Assembly: GCA_001643675.2 (NCBI GenBank)
Contig: LSRY02000033.1
Span: forward strand, 248,001 to 312,000
Direction of reading: 5' to 3'
Origin: Monocercomonoides exilis PA203
Lineage: Eukaryota > Protista > Preaxostyla
Length of the DNA stretch: 64,000 nt
In this document: positions 51,701-64,000 of the stretch, piece after piece
Position numbering within the stretch: the first letter of the stretch is position 1
Layout of the letters: each line of letters opens with the position of its first letter
Notes under the pieces: generated by a model
Told to the model about the DNA's origin: nothing
Databases searched by the model: none
The model's input: only the letters and a program-made list of their open reading frames with translations
Position numbers and translations under genes: made by a program

Positions 51701-52949
51701 TCACACTCGAATCAGTCACTGCATCCCTCATCAGCAATCTCTCTACTTCATCTCCTGATTCACCTCCCATCACACTCGAATCACCTCAATTTCTGTTTGA
51801 AAGCTCCAAACATTCTGGTTCTTCATCATCTTCTTCTCTTTCTCCCCCTTCTTCTTCTCCTCTTTCTCCTTCCTCTTCACCTTCCTCTTCTCATTCTCCT
51901 TCTCATTCTCCTCCCTCTGCACAGGAGATTCTTCTCTCTCTTTCACATTCTCCTTCTCCTTCCACATCTCCTTCTCCTTCTTTTCATTTCTCTTCCTCCT
52001 CCTCCTCTTCTTCTTCCTCTTCTTCTTCTTCCTCCTCACCTCCTTCCTCTCCCACCCACATCCCATCCTTCCAAGAGGCTCTTGATGCATACAACCCTGA
52101 CCTCTCTGATCTCGAGCCTATAACTCTCCCGGACTCTTTCCTTTCTTCGTTGGCTTCGGCTGATTCTCCCTCTGATGAGTCAGAAGAACTGGATGCTCCA
52201 GACTTCTTCGTGCCCAAACACGAATCTTCGCCTCCTCCGCCTCCTTCTCCTTCGAAGATTTCTGAGGGAAGCTTGTCAATGTCTTCTTCTTCTTCCTCCT
52301 CCTCCTCTTCTTTTTCAGCATTTCCTTTCTCTTCCTCATCCTCATCCACCGCACTCGCAGAGCATCTTGTTCCCTATTGTTTCCCCTACAACCGCAACCA
52401 GCATCCGATGTATTTCCCTTCTTTTCTGCTGCCTCTTCAGAGCGACGAGGTCATCAGCAACACACTCGCCAATCTGCGCGCGTCTGCTTCGCTGCCGCCT
52501 GTGACTAGTGGATTGCCTAGGGAATTCAGTGTGAAGCAGCAGATGAAGAGAAAAGAAAAGAGTTTCAGTCAGAAGGATGAAGAAGGGAATGTGGTGATGT
52601 ATATTGATGATGTTGAGGAGGTGGAAGAAGAAGGAGAGTTGAAAGAAGGAGAAAATAATGAAGAAAAAGAAGGCAAAAAGAAATTGAATGCTCATAGAAA
52701 TTCATCTACAAGTAATACAGTGCTTCAATTAGCAACTATTTCTTCTTCATCTCCTTCATCATCATCATCTTCTTCTTCTTCTTCTGAGACTGAAAATGCG
52801 TTTGATCCGTTCTCTTCTCTTTCTCCGTTCGAAATGGCAACGTCGCAAAGCGGCTTGGAAAACAAATCATCTTCGCCTTCTTCTGCTTCTTCTTCTGTTT
52901 CTGATTCAACTTCATCAATTCACACCTCTTCTCCTTCAAGTTCCACTAA

Positions 52950-53018
<69 letters not shown>

Positions 53019-55053
53019 TCCTTCTCTTCCTCCTGCATCCTTCTCCCCCTCCCCACTATTTCCACATTCTCCCTCTTCTCCATCTCCATCTCTATCCTCT
53101 TCCTCATCTTCCTCTTCCTCTCCGCCTCGTGTGATGTTCGCCCCGCAAATTGTCACCCGCGTGGTCCGATACAAACGTGATCCCTTTGTCCGCTCTTTCG
53201 TCTTGTCCCCTCCTCCTTCTCCGATTTCTCCTTCTTCTGACTTTTACCAGTCTTATTCCACTGGCAGCACACAGAACTTGTCCACTCAGCCAAATTATCA
53301 GAGAAGCCAGCTGAACAATCAATCACAAAACACACAGAGTTCAGTCAATTCTTCTGCTGCAAGCAACTCGGTTTCTTTGTTTTCCAGTGCATCGAAGACT
53401 TCAAATAGACCAAGTGAACAGCAAAGGAGCTTTGAATACAGTGAGTATGGCGAAAGCGCAGATGATGACGAAATAGCAGACGCGATTGAGACACACGTTG
53501 ATTTCACACCTGTTTTCTATCCGCTTCTGCCTCAGCAGCAACAACAGATGCAACAGATGCAACAAATACAACAACATATGCAGCCTCAAAAGCAATTTAT
53601 GCCACATTCTCTGCAGACTTCTTTGTTCCCTCAGTCGAAACTGATCAAACACAATGCAAATCACCAGCCACAAATAATGAATTCACACCAAGCACTTTCT
53701 CCTTCTTTATCCTCATCAATTTCATCCTCAAAACCTTTTTCATCTTCAACTTCATCATCATCATCATCATCGCTTTCTTCTTCGTCTTCTTCTTCCTCCT
53801 CTTCTTCTTCCTCTTCTTCTTCTTTCAATCATTCCGCTTTATCTCCTTTATTCAACAAGCAATACGAGCTGTGCCCTGACCACTGGCTGACCATTGACTC
53901 TTCCCTGAAATTGAAAGGGCCATTCACAGACGCTCAGATGCACTCATTTTTAGGCGTCCATCTTTCCTTTGACAGCCCCGTGCGCCTCGTCTCCTCCCCT
54001 TATTTCCATTCAGTGAAGTCCTTGTTCCCTTTGAAGCAGTTAGCCTTCCTTGATAAGCCGCTGAGCAACGAGTGTGTGGAAGAAATCAGTGCGAAGATGC
54101 AAGAGTCATACCAGCTGAATGTGGCTAATTACTTCAAGTCCAACTGCAACCGGCTGCCGAAGAGTGAAGTTTTCAAAAGAGAAGTTTACTCGAACGATGT
54201 GAGGATTGTGTTTGAGAAAAGAATGGACGAAAACGCTGCAAGGTCAAAAGCCAGGCAGATTGGACTGCCGCCAATCAGAGAGTCACAAGAAAAAGCAGAG
54301 GAGAAGAAAGAAAAGGAAAGAGATAGAGATAGAGACAAGAATAGAGAAAGAGATAGAGACAGAAAAAGACCTGGAGAAAAAGACAAAGAAAAAGAAAAAG
54401 AAAGGGAAAGGGAAAGAGAAAGAGAAAAGGAAAGAGAAAAGGAAAGAGAAAAGGATAGAGCTTGGGGGCTACATCCACATTCAGAAGACAAATGGGTCAT
54501 CAGCCGAACGAGCGAAGGCAGCAAACGCAAGAAAGATACAAGCACTGACAGAAATGTGCTCAAAGAGAGTCGGATTATCAGTTACGATCGAAGTTCAGAC
54601 CATCACTTGAACAAAAGCCAATATCAAGGTCAAAATTCAAGTCAAAATCTGAGTCAAAACCAAAGCCAAAGCCAAAGCCAAAGTCAAATCCAAAGCGAGA
54701 AAAACAGCTTTTATCAAAGCAGCAGCCACAGTCGCAGCCTTGCGCCCAGCCGTAGTTACAGTCGGAGCAATAGCAGTAGCAGAAGCAGAAGCAGAAGCAG
54801 AAGCAGAAGTGAGAGTAGGAACAGGAGTAGGAGCAGAACAAAAAGCAGAAGTCGAAGTCGAAGTCGAAATAGAAGCAGGAGCAGAAATGGAAGTGAAAGC
54901 AGAAGCAAGAGAAGCGGAAATAGCAACAGGGCACGCAGCAGCTATCGCCATCATTCGCCGTCACTGTCGCGATTGCGTTCTCGTTCTCGCTCTCGCTCTC
55001 GTTCGCTTTCTCATTCTCGTTCACATTCCATGGCTAAATATCACCGCAAATGA
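48745..55053 (+). CDS. Very large Ser-rich, probably nuclear protein with GYF-like domain and C-terminal RS domain (multi-exon)
   Basis: ATG 48745, exon ORF 48947-49429 and a 1734-aa terminal ORF containing WLTIDSSLKLKGPFTDAQMHSF...SPVR (GYF-like) and an RSRSRS tail. Exon linkage is inferred. Confidence 0.7.
52952..53017 (+). repeat. (TCA)n coding microsatellite, poly-Ser
   Basis: About 21 uninterrupted TCA units. Confidence 0.9.
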
Positions 55054-56200
55054 TCAAGCAGCACCAAAATGAGTGCATTTGATGCAATCGTATCTGGTTA
55101 TTCTTCTATCTCTTGATTAAAATAACAATTGTATTTATTTTGGTTTATTTATTTATTTATTCATTTTGAAATTATTCATTTTATTTGTAACACTTGATGA
55201 AATGTGAATAAGAAATTTTTATTCGAATGATCTGATTTTATTCAAATAAACAGCCGTTTTCTCGAATCAACCAAGAAAGATCCAAATAAAAAATGAAGAC
55301 ACCCTATTATGGAAATATTATGCAATATTTCTATGTTTTACGTTTCAAAATTTTTATTTGAAAAAAGATAATTTTTTTTTCTTCCTTTTTTTGAAAAATT
55401 ACGAAATTGTATTATTCATAATTAATTCAATTTTTTTTCTTCAAATATGTATTATTTCAAACGTAACTCTGACTTCTATTGTTTTTGAAATGAAGCAAAC
55501 GTTTAATATGGGCGATTGTTTTTGAAATGGTGTTGAATTCTTGTATTTTTTAAAAAATCAACGATTTGTTCCAAACTTTTTCTACAGCCTTATCATGATA
55601 AGTCTTTCATTTTCGTGTCAAAAAATCATAGGAAAATTTTTGAAATTGAGAAATATAATCAAATGTGCAGAATGGAACAAAATTCATCAAGCAAATAATA
55701 ATATCCCATATTTCATTTATCATACGAAATTGTCAATTATATTTCTCTTTTGTTGTCTGTTTTAAATAACTGAATGACTCTCAATATCTCCGAAAACGAA
55801 TGAGGAAAAAAAAGAGAGAAATTGAAGGAGTCAAAAGAGGAATTTTTGCAATCAGTCGAACATTTTTCATTTGATTTGTTTTTTTCAATGAAATATTTTT
55901 TATATAATTTTCTTAAGAATAAAAATTCACATCTTTTTACTATGTTTCAAAAGACATTCACCACAATTCACCTGAATAGATTTAAACACAATTTCATTGC
56001 AATTTCTTAAATTCCAGTAAAATATTGTGAGTGAAAAAAGGTTTTAGGAAAAATTCAAGATTTTTCTTGATTTTGAAAGTTCAACAAAAGTGATTTTTCA
56101 AAAAAAATAATTCCATTTCAAAAATGATCAAACTGTTAGAGAATTTTCCACTTTTGATTTTTGAAATCTTTATTGCTTTTTTTTCACACGATTTAAGAGA

Positions 56201-57204
56201 TAGAGTGATTTATAAACCCGAACATTTTCATTAACCCGGTTATTTTTTTTGTTCGTTGAAACAGAATAAATACAACATAAAAATATAAAAAGCAAACTTT
56301 TATATGTTTATTTTACTATTTTATGAAAGAACAAAATTATTTTTGTTTCAATTTTAGTTTTTGATGAAGATCTGAGGAATTTTTAATTTATCTTCGATCA
56401 TTTGTTTTGCTAGTTTTTAACCAACTCTCTTTCTTTGTTTATTTTCAATTATAAGTTCAAGAAACATGCCTAATGAAGTTTTTGTATTCGAAATGTTCTA
56501 TGTTTTTATCTTTTTTTTCGATTGTTTTTCACATTTCATCATTTTTGTCAAAACATACGAAAATATGAAAATTATGAGCTACACAATATTTTTTCGACAT
56601 TTTAAGTGATGTACATGAAAAGAAAAAGATTTTCACAAAGCATTTACCATGTTAAAAATATGTGAAATGTTGTTGCTCATGAAGCACACATCAATTTTTG
56701 AAAATAACAAATATGCTTATTTCATATTAAATAAAATTTCAAATGATAAATTATTAAGAATATCAAAGAATTATTATCTTATTTATGTTACACCGTGACA
56801 TACAATTCTATACATCAAAAAATAGCAAAGAATTATACATTTTTTCGTATGTTTTGACAAAAATGATGAAATGTGAAAAACAATCGAAAAAAAAGATAAA
56901 AACATAGAACATTTCGAATACAAAAACTTCATTAGGCATGTTTCTTGAACTTATAATTGAAAATAAACAAAGAAAGAGAGTTGGTTAAAAACTAGCAAAA
57001 CAAATGATCGAAGATAAATTAAAAATTCCTCAGATCTTCATCAAAAACTAAAATTGAAACAAAAATAATTTTGTTCTTTCATAAAATAGTAAAATAAACA
57101 TATAAAAGTTTGCTTTTTATATTTTTATGTTGTATTTATTCTGTTTCAACGAACAAAAAAAATAACCGGGTTAATGAAAATGTTCGGGTTTATAAATCAC
57201 CCTA
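56201..57204. mobile_element. 1-kb foldback/MITE with ~360-bp TIRs and hAT-like termini
   Basis: 56205-56563 and 56842-57200 are 359-bp inverted repeats around a 278-bp spacer; termini TAG(A/G)GTGATTTATAAACCCG. No matching TSD. Confidence 0.82.
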
Positions 57205-59289
57205 GTTAAAGTCATTCTACAAAAAAAAATTCCTAATGAAAATTATATTCGACTATTTTGTGCAAATTGTGATTTATAAAAGTGAAATTTTTTTATGAAA
57301 ATGAAGTGAAAACAGTCAAATTATTATTGTTATTTTCATATATTATGTCAGAAGAAAATTAATTGCCCTTTGGAATAATCAGATGGAATTAGAAAAGTAT
57401 ATTGATTTTGACAACATTTTTGTTTCATTAAAACATGAAAAAAACTTATCTGTTCCAGTTGATTGCATTCCAGATATCAAAAATATAATTGAAGAAGTAC
57501 AAGCATTTTTTGTAACGAAGATAACATGGATTATATAAATAAAAAATTATCATTTTCTTATTCTTTTTCTTTTTCTTTTCATTTCTTTCTTCTCTTCTCT
57601 TTTTCTTTTTTGTTTTGTTTTATTTATCAATTTAATTATTTGTTCGTTTGTTTTCAAATTTGTTAGTTTGTATATTTGAATTTTTGTTTTTTAAATTATT
57701 TTTTGGAAATCATTGAATTTATCGCAATCCTTGATATAGAATGCAATTATTATTGAAAAGCGAAGGGAATTGCGCTAAAATGTTCTTATTGTTTTTGTTG
57801 CTGATGTTTGTTGTTTTTGTGATATTAATAATTCACGTCACAACAAATGTTTGAGTGTTTATTAATGACAAATATGCAATCAGAACTTAAATTTCGTTTT
57901 TGTAACTCATGAATCGTTTTTAATTACGTTTGAAAAATTGACTCGTTTTTTTTCCATTTTAAGGAACATATTCTTCGAACAATGCCATTTCATTTAAAAA
58001 GGCAAATAAAAAAATCCCATAGACAGTTGTTTGCCTATTAAAGAATAATCCCTTAAAATTTCCAATCACAATCATTAAAATGAAAAAAACCGAAAACATT
58101 AATATTTCACTTTTTCAATTTGAAATAAAAAAATATTCGTTTTTCGCGATGAATTTCAATTAATTCTTTTGTAAACTTCATTTTTGCGGAGACACCGATT
58201 AATTTATATTTTCCAATAGTTTTTTGCAAAAAATAACACATATTCAACTATAATAAATTAAATTTTCATTGAGTTTTTCACAACTTTTTGTGACTATATT
58301 TGTTTGTGTTAAAATGTGACTTCATTCAACAAAGAATTAAATTTCCTTGCTTCTTTTTTTGTGATCAATTATTGGTCGAATTATTATTTTTTAGAAATTG
58401 TTCATGAACACACGTTTTTCAATTACAAAAATAAAAAATTTTCGTTTCAAATGTTATTTTGACTTATTTTATTTTATTTTTTTTTTTAAAATGGGTTTCA
58501 TCCTAAAAAAATTTAAAAATTAATTATTCATTAAAAATAAAATATTTGGAGAAATAACTGAAATAAGTTGCATTCGACATTGTGTTATAAACTGCTGAAA
58601 ATCAACGAAAAAAGGGAAAAAAATGCACTTGTTCAGAAAAATGAAACTTTGCTCGAAAATAACAACATGAATCGTATTGACATTCAGTTTTGATTGTTTT
58701 GAGTTTTTTTGGAAGACATAATTGAAAAAAAAAGTCGATTTCAGGTTTGTTCGTTCGTTTTGTTATTTGTTATGTTTTTTTGAAAATGTGCGCTAAAACT
58801 TTCATTTTTTCCGAAAAATAAAAAGACTCCAAAAAGTCGTGCACAAACAAATAGTATTTGCAAACAACTTTTATTTTCTTTGAATTAATTATTTACCCAT
58901 TAACCAGCAAGTCTAGTTCCTGCTGCAAAAAAATAAAAAATAAATGAATAAAAGCGAAACCATATTGCATAAAAAATATAAACAAGCCCAAGTTTGAAAT
59001 GGATTAAAATAAAGAACTTCAATAACAAATCCAAAATCAACAAAATATGAACAACAAAATTGATAACTCTCTAAAATGACAAAAACATTTGTTTCAATTA
59101 CTAATCAACAAAATTACAGCAACAAACAACAACAAACTCTTTAACAGAATTGCAGTTGCAATTCTAATCACAAAACAGAAACACTTAAAAAAACAAATTA
59201 AAAGATAATAACAATAATAATAACAATAAAAGAACAAAATGGAGAAGCACATGTATTGTTGATCTCCCATTCATTTGTTCATGTGCTGC

Positions 59290-61981
59290 TCAGACAAGCC
59301 ACGAAAACGAACCCTTCCGCAGAATCTTTTCCCAAAGCACATGAATTTCGTGATTGACAGCAGGCTCCTTATAATCATTTTCATTTGCTCTATTCGCTGC
59401 CTTTTCCTCTTCTTCCTTCTTCTTTGCTTCCTCCTCTGCTCTTTTCTTTTCTGCTTCCTCTGCCTCCACTTCTTCTGCTTCTTTTCGATCTTCATCTTCG
59501 TAATACTTGTTGATCTCATCGATTTCCGCACTCAGCTCTTCAGGACTCAGTCCCCTTTGCGTCACCTCTATCAGTCTCTGATCTTTCTCTTTTTCTCGCA
59601 TCTCCTTCGCTTTCGCTTTCTCCTTCGCTTTTCTTTCTTGTTCTTTCTGTTTTTTTCTATTTTTTTCTGCCTTTCTCCTTTTCCACTCCTCTGCCCGTAT
59701 TTCTTGCATTTCTCTGCCTCTCTTACACACAGCTAATTTCTGCCACACAAACAACTCTTTCTTTAAGCCCAACCTTCGCTCAATCCACTGCACATCCCCT
59801 TTCACCAGATACAGCCCCAAGCAGAACGCCAAATACTCAACAAACAGCCACGCCAGCATCGGAACCAGTGACAGCATCATATTTCTTTCCATCTTGTGCG
59901 CTCGCTCAATCAGCTCGTCATTCACAACCACTGCTGACATGAACCGCTCTGCTCCTTCCCACGCCTTTCCGCTCGAAGTTGGCGGGTCAAACTTCCCAAT
60001 CCCATCCAAGCACAGCGTCGGAATAAGCACAATGGCAATCCCAATCGCTGATCCAAACACAATCCCACAGTAACGCACACTCTTGCTGCATATCGTTTCG
60101 AAAATGGAAGCACCAGGTGGCTCCAAGTTGAATACAAAAATATGCAGAGTGATGATTGCCAAGAACAGCGGAATGAAAGTAATTGTCCACGAGCTCGTGA
60201 AGTTGTCTGTTTGACCGCCACGTGCAGCAAGCATTCCAATCACACACATTCGCATTCACACAAAAAGAACAAAACAAAAAAATGATGAATGAATAAATTA
60301 ATAAATGAAATGAAATGAATAAAACATAATTTTTGTGCGAAACAGATTCAAAAAAAAAAATTAAATAAATAAAAACGTAATGCCTCTCTTCTCATTCGAT
60401 TCGCATTCACTCATTCACTCATTCACTCATTCACCTTCCTTTAATACTTTGCATACAGCACAGTTTCACAGAAAATAACACCCACGCTAAAATGATTCCA
60501 ACCAGAGAAATAATAAGCATTGACAAAGTGAAACAAGAATTACATGGAAATCTTAGTAAGACAAATTGAGAAACCCCTTCAAATAACATCCAAAAATAGA
60601 AAAACAAAAAATTGAACAAAAGAAGGTATAAAATTGTATCTGAGTTTGTAATCGGTCTCCCATCTTCTGTGAATTTTTGTGTGACTGTCTCTGTGTCTGC
60701 CACTTTTCTGAAAAGCACATCATTAGAAGTCTTATTTTCCATGACACTCCTTTGAGGATACGGTTTCGTCACTGGGCCATCAACCAAGCGATTGCGAATG
60801 TTAAATGTGTGGTAATCCCCATTCACAAAATCGTCAAGATTCCTGCACAATAAGAAAAACATAAAAAAAAAGACTCCTGTCACCATAGCATTCAAAGCAA
60901 GAGATAACAATAAATACTCTGGCTTCACCAAACACATTATTAAGAAAAACAAAAACAATGTCAGCATCGCAATTGCAAGACTGAAAAGGCCTTTTGACCG
61001 AGAAAGGCTGAATGAAAAGACCGATCTGGTGACTTTGTTCGTCAAAAGATTCGACACATGCCCATCATCTGCCAGCTTGTCGAAAACTGGCCCACGGATA
61101 AAATTCGTTGCGTAGAAGATGGCAAAGAAAAAGAAGAAAAGAAACAGCATCAACGATATCCACGTCAATGTGAACAGAATAAAACTTATCCACGGATGTT
61201 CGACCGTGTTTTTCAGATCAAATATATCCTTCCAGAAACCCTGCCTCTTCCCAAACAGCACTTCTGGAAAAGTCCCGTACAACCGAATGGTGTCCTTCCA
61301 ACCTTTCGGGCTCAGACCAAATCGGGTCTTGTCCGCAACATCCTGAATGCAATTTAAAGCAAAAGCAAATCAACAAATAAACAAAAACGAAAAGAAGCCC
61401 ATCAAAAAGAGAGTCACTCGCTGTGCCGGAGCAGGCACAGCGCAAAACACACACATCTGCATTGTTTGGATTGTACGTGTCCAGATCCTGGAACTCGTTC
61501 TGGCTCATGTAGATGTTGTCTCTCAGCCGCGGCAGCTCCTCAACCACAATCTCGTGCCAGTGCCTGCATCCATCCAAACCCCGTCAAAATTGCCCATGAA
61601 AAATATAAAATGCATGTCATACTCGTCTGTATCCAGCATCTCTCGGAAAAACTTCGACGTCCCCATCAGCCTCATTTTCGTTCTTGTGTCGCATTCCTTC
61701 AAAATCCTGCCAATTTTTCAAAACCTCAAAACCCAACTAAAAATCCCACACCGCTTCCATATGTCCATCGGCACTCCTGCACCACTCGCGTTCAAGCACA
61801 AACCGTCCGATAACCGCAAAACAGCAAAAAACATAAAATGCACACTTTTCACATCCACCAGTCCACATTCTTCATCTGACGAGCTGCTGGACGTCGGATC
61901 TTCAATGTCTGTAACCATGGGAACCAACTCTCGGAACGCTCTCTCATTTCCTGTGTGGCCAAGCACTTCTGAAGATTTCAT
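59290..61981 (-). CDS. F-box-containing multi-pass membrane protein with charged C-terminal tail (multi-exon)
   Basis: Spliced exons near 61540-61780 give VPMDIWKRILKECDTRTKMRLMGTSKFFREMLDTDEHWHEI (F-box-like); hydrophobic ORFs 60431-61282 and 59290-60255 follow. Start uncertain. Confidence 0.68.
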
Positions 61982-62567
61982 CGATCTGGTGAATAAATTG
62001 TTTTGCCAACTGATTCGCTGTTGCTCAACCAACCACATTCACTCATTTTGTTCACTGGTATTTCTGCACAATCTGGTGATATTATTGGAGTGTTTTTGTG
62101 CTTTTTCGAAGTCAGCTGAAAAATATATTAAAGGTGCTTTCTCCAAAAAAATAATGACAAAAAGCCAACAGACTCGATGGCAGCGCAGCAGTCACAGGTG
62201 AGGATGGGCAGAGGAAGGGGAAAGGGCGGGGTGCAGACGTGTGGTGCAGACACGCACGCTAAAAAATTTTCTGCTTCAGTTTTGGAGCTCAGGCAAGAAG
62301 GACGGGGGCAGAAGACAGCACGCAGCGTTAACGAAATGGCTTGCAGTTTTGGTGCATAATGCATTTGGGTTTCGTTTTCTTGTCCAGCGCCCATCCACCT
62401 GCGAGGCGAAAAAGGCTTATTCGAAAGAAACGGGAGCAGTATTCGGAGAAAAGAAAAAGGCTTGAGTGCTCGTTGCTGTCTGTGCGCTGCACGGCATGTT
62501 TGCAATTGATTCATATCATTTTGCTTTTTCACTCCTCGTTTTGCAATGCAATTCTGACTTTTTGGCA

Positions 62568-63799
62568 GGCAAAGGCGACGAAGAGGAAGAGGATGAAGAG
62601 GAAGGCGATGAAGAAGAATTCGGGAGCGAAACAGACGAGGACGAGAACTCGGAGGACGAGTTGGCTGAAGAAGAAAAGGGGCTGGAGGAGGGAGCGGAAC
62701 AAGTAGAATCTGAACAGGAGGGCATGGCTGATGAAAGCGCTGAGTTGGAGAGCAACCAGGAAGAGCCAATGGACCAGCTGGACGAGGACAATGAAGACGA
62801 AAATGTCGAGGAGGATGAATATGCTGGAGAGCGGTCAGATGACAGCAGCGAGGATGATGCTGAAATGAGCGGGAGTGACATGGAGGATTGGATGGCTGAG
62901 AGCGAGGAAGAGGAGGGTGTGGAGAGCGGAAAAGAGAGCGAAGAAGCTGAATACGCTGTGAGCAGCATGCAAGAGAAAAGAGAGGAAGCAAGTGACTGGG
63001 AGCCTGACGTCTCATCTCCTTCTGAAGACAGGGTTCATCTTCAGCCAGTGACAACTTCAGAAGAGCTGAGGAGGGAGGGTTCTGTTGTGGATGAGAAAGG
63101 AAGGAGAGAGGCTGAGAAAAGCGATGCTAAGGCGTGTGATGAGGGTGCTGTAGCGACTTTGGGCAGCACGCAAAAGCAAAAGGGAAGGAGTGCAGCAACA
63201 TCATTTTTGATGTCTGTCCAACAACAGCAGAAGGTTCATCAACCACAACACCAGGAGGAGGAGGAAAGGGGAAAGCGACTGGAAGAGCACCATCAGCTGA
63301 AGTGGCTGAGAGTAGCGGGCTGGATGTGAAGCAGGAGGTGAGGAGGCTGAAGGCGAAGTTGGAGGAAAAAGAGGAAACGATCCTTTGTCTTCTGAAAGAG
63401 AAGAAGGAGAAGGCAGAGGAGATGGGGAAGGAGCGAGAGCAGGGCAAGAGGAGAGAAGATTCAGCAGAGAGGAGCAGGGAAAGGGAGCGGGAACGAGAGA
63501 AGAGCAGGATTCGGGAGCTGGAGGAGGTGGTAAAGTGGAAGGAGTAGGAGGAGTGGAAGGAAGCAGTGAAAGAAGAGATAACCTGGCTGAAGAGCGTGAT
63601 GAGAGGGATGGAGGAAGAGAAGGAGGAGCTGGGAGCGAGGCTGCGAGAAGTGAAGAGGTCAGTGGAGGATCTGAAGAGGGAGAAGGCAGCAGCGACAAAA
63701 AGGGCAGAGACAAAGGAGGCTGAGTTTGGAGAGAGAGTGGGAGGAGGAGGAGAAGTGGAGGATGGAGGCACGCCTGAAGGGGAAGATTGGAGAGGTTGA
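62568..63799 (+). pseudogene. Acidic/coiled-coil coding-like region with a frame change and an in-frame TAG
   Basis: Glu/Asp-rich ORF ends at 63329; coiled-coil ORFs 63302-63547 and 63566-63799 share another frame, split by TAG at 63545-63547. Confidence 0.45.
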
Positions 63800-64000
63800 G
63801 AAGGAAAGAGTTCGGGATCGGTGGTGGTATGAAACAGCAGAAGAGGAGTGGAACAGCGAAAAGGAGGGATTGGAGGCAGAAATACGATCGCCGAAGCAGC
63901 AGGTGCAGACACTCCAACAACAGCAGCATTCCACTGAACACTCTTCTCCATTGCTCAAATACACAGCTGGAGAAGAAGTCGCAAACAGAACGAGCCGGCC

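Noticed and set aside
10243-55072. Numerous antisense and alternative-frame ORFs (e.g. 15840-17195, 34792-35574, 54578-55024)
   Set aside because: These are shadows of low-complexity or long real genes.
1-64000. tRNA, rRNA or snRNA genes
   Set aside because: None recognised by eye; tRNAscan-SE or Infernal would be needed to exclude them.

Overview
AT-rich eukaryotic genomic DNA with short GT-AG introns and the standard genetic code. Gene content (Giardia-type catabolic OTC, giant Cys/GG-repeat surface proteins with pseudokinase tails, Ser/Glu-rich proteins, DNAAF1) suggests a flagellated anaerobic metamonad, probably an oxymonad such as Monocercomonoides; this is inference. About ten host genes are present: PIG-F-like, OTC, a TPR-like protein, a secreted Gly/Tyr/Cys protein, a ~4,100-codon receptor pseudokinase with two in-frame stops, DNAAF1, a TND/RVxF/GYF/RS protein, an F-box multipass membrane protein and others. 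The notable signals are mobile DNA. (1) A 5.7-kb DIRS-type element at 39130-44849 has termini that match its internal complementary region perfectly, a dead tyrosine recombinase, a CpG-rich repeat array in place of gag/RT, and a GC-rich structured segment near its right end. (2) A 4.16-kb element with 543-bp TIRs at 2391-6546 carries surface-protein gene fragments (Pack-type). (3) There is a 201-bp MITE and a 1-kb foldback element. All comparisons were done by eye; no searches were run.
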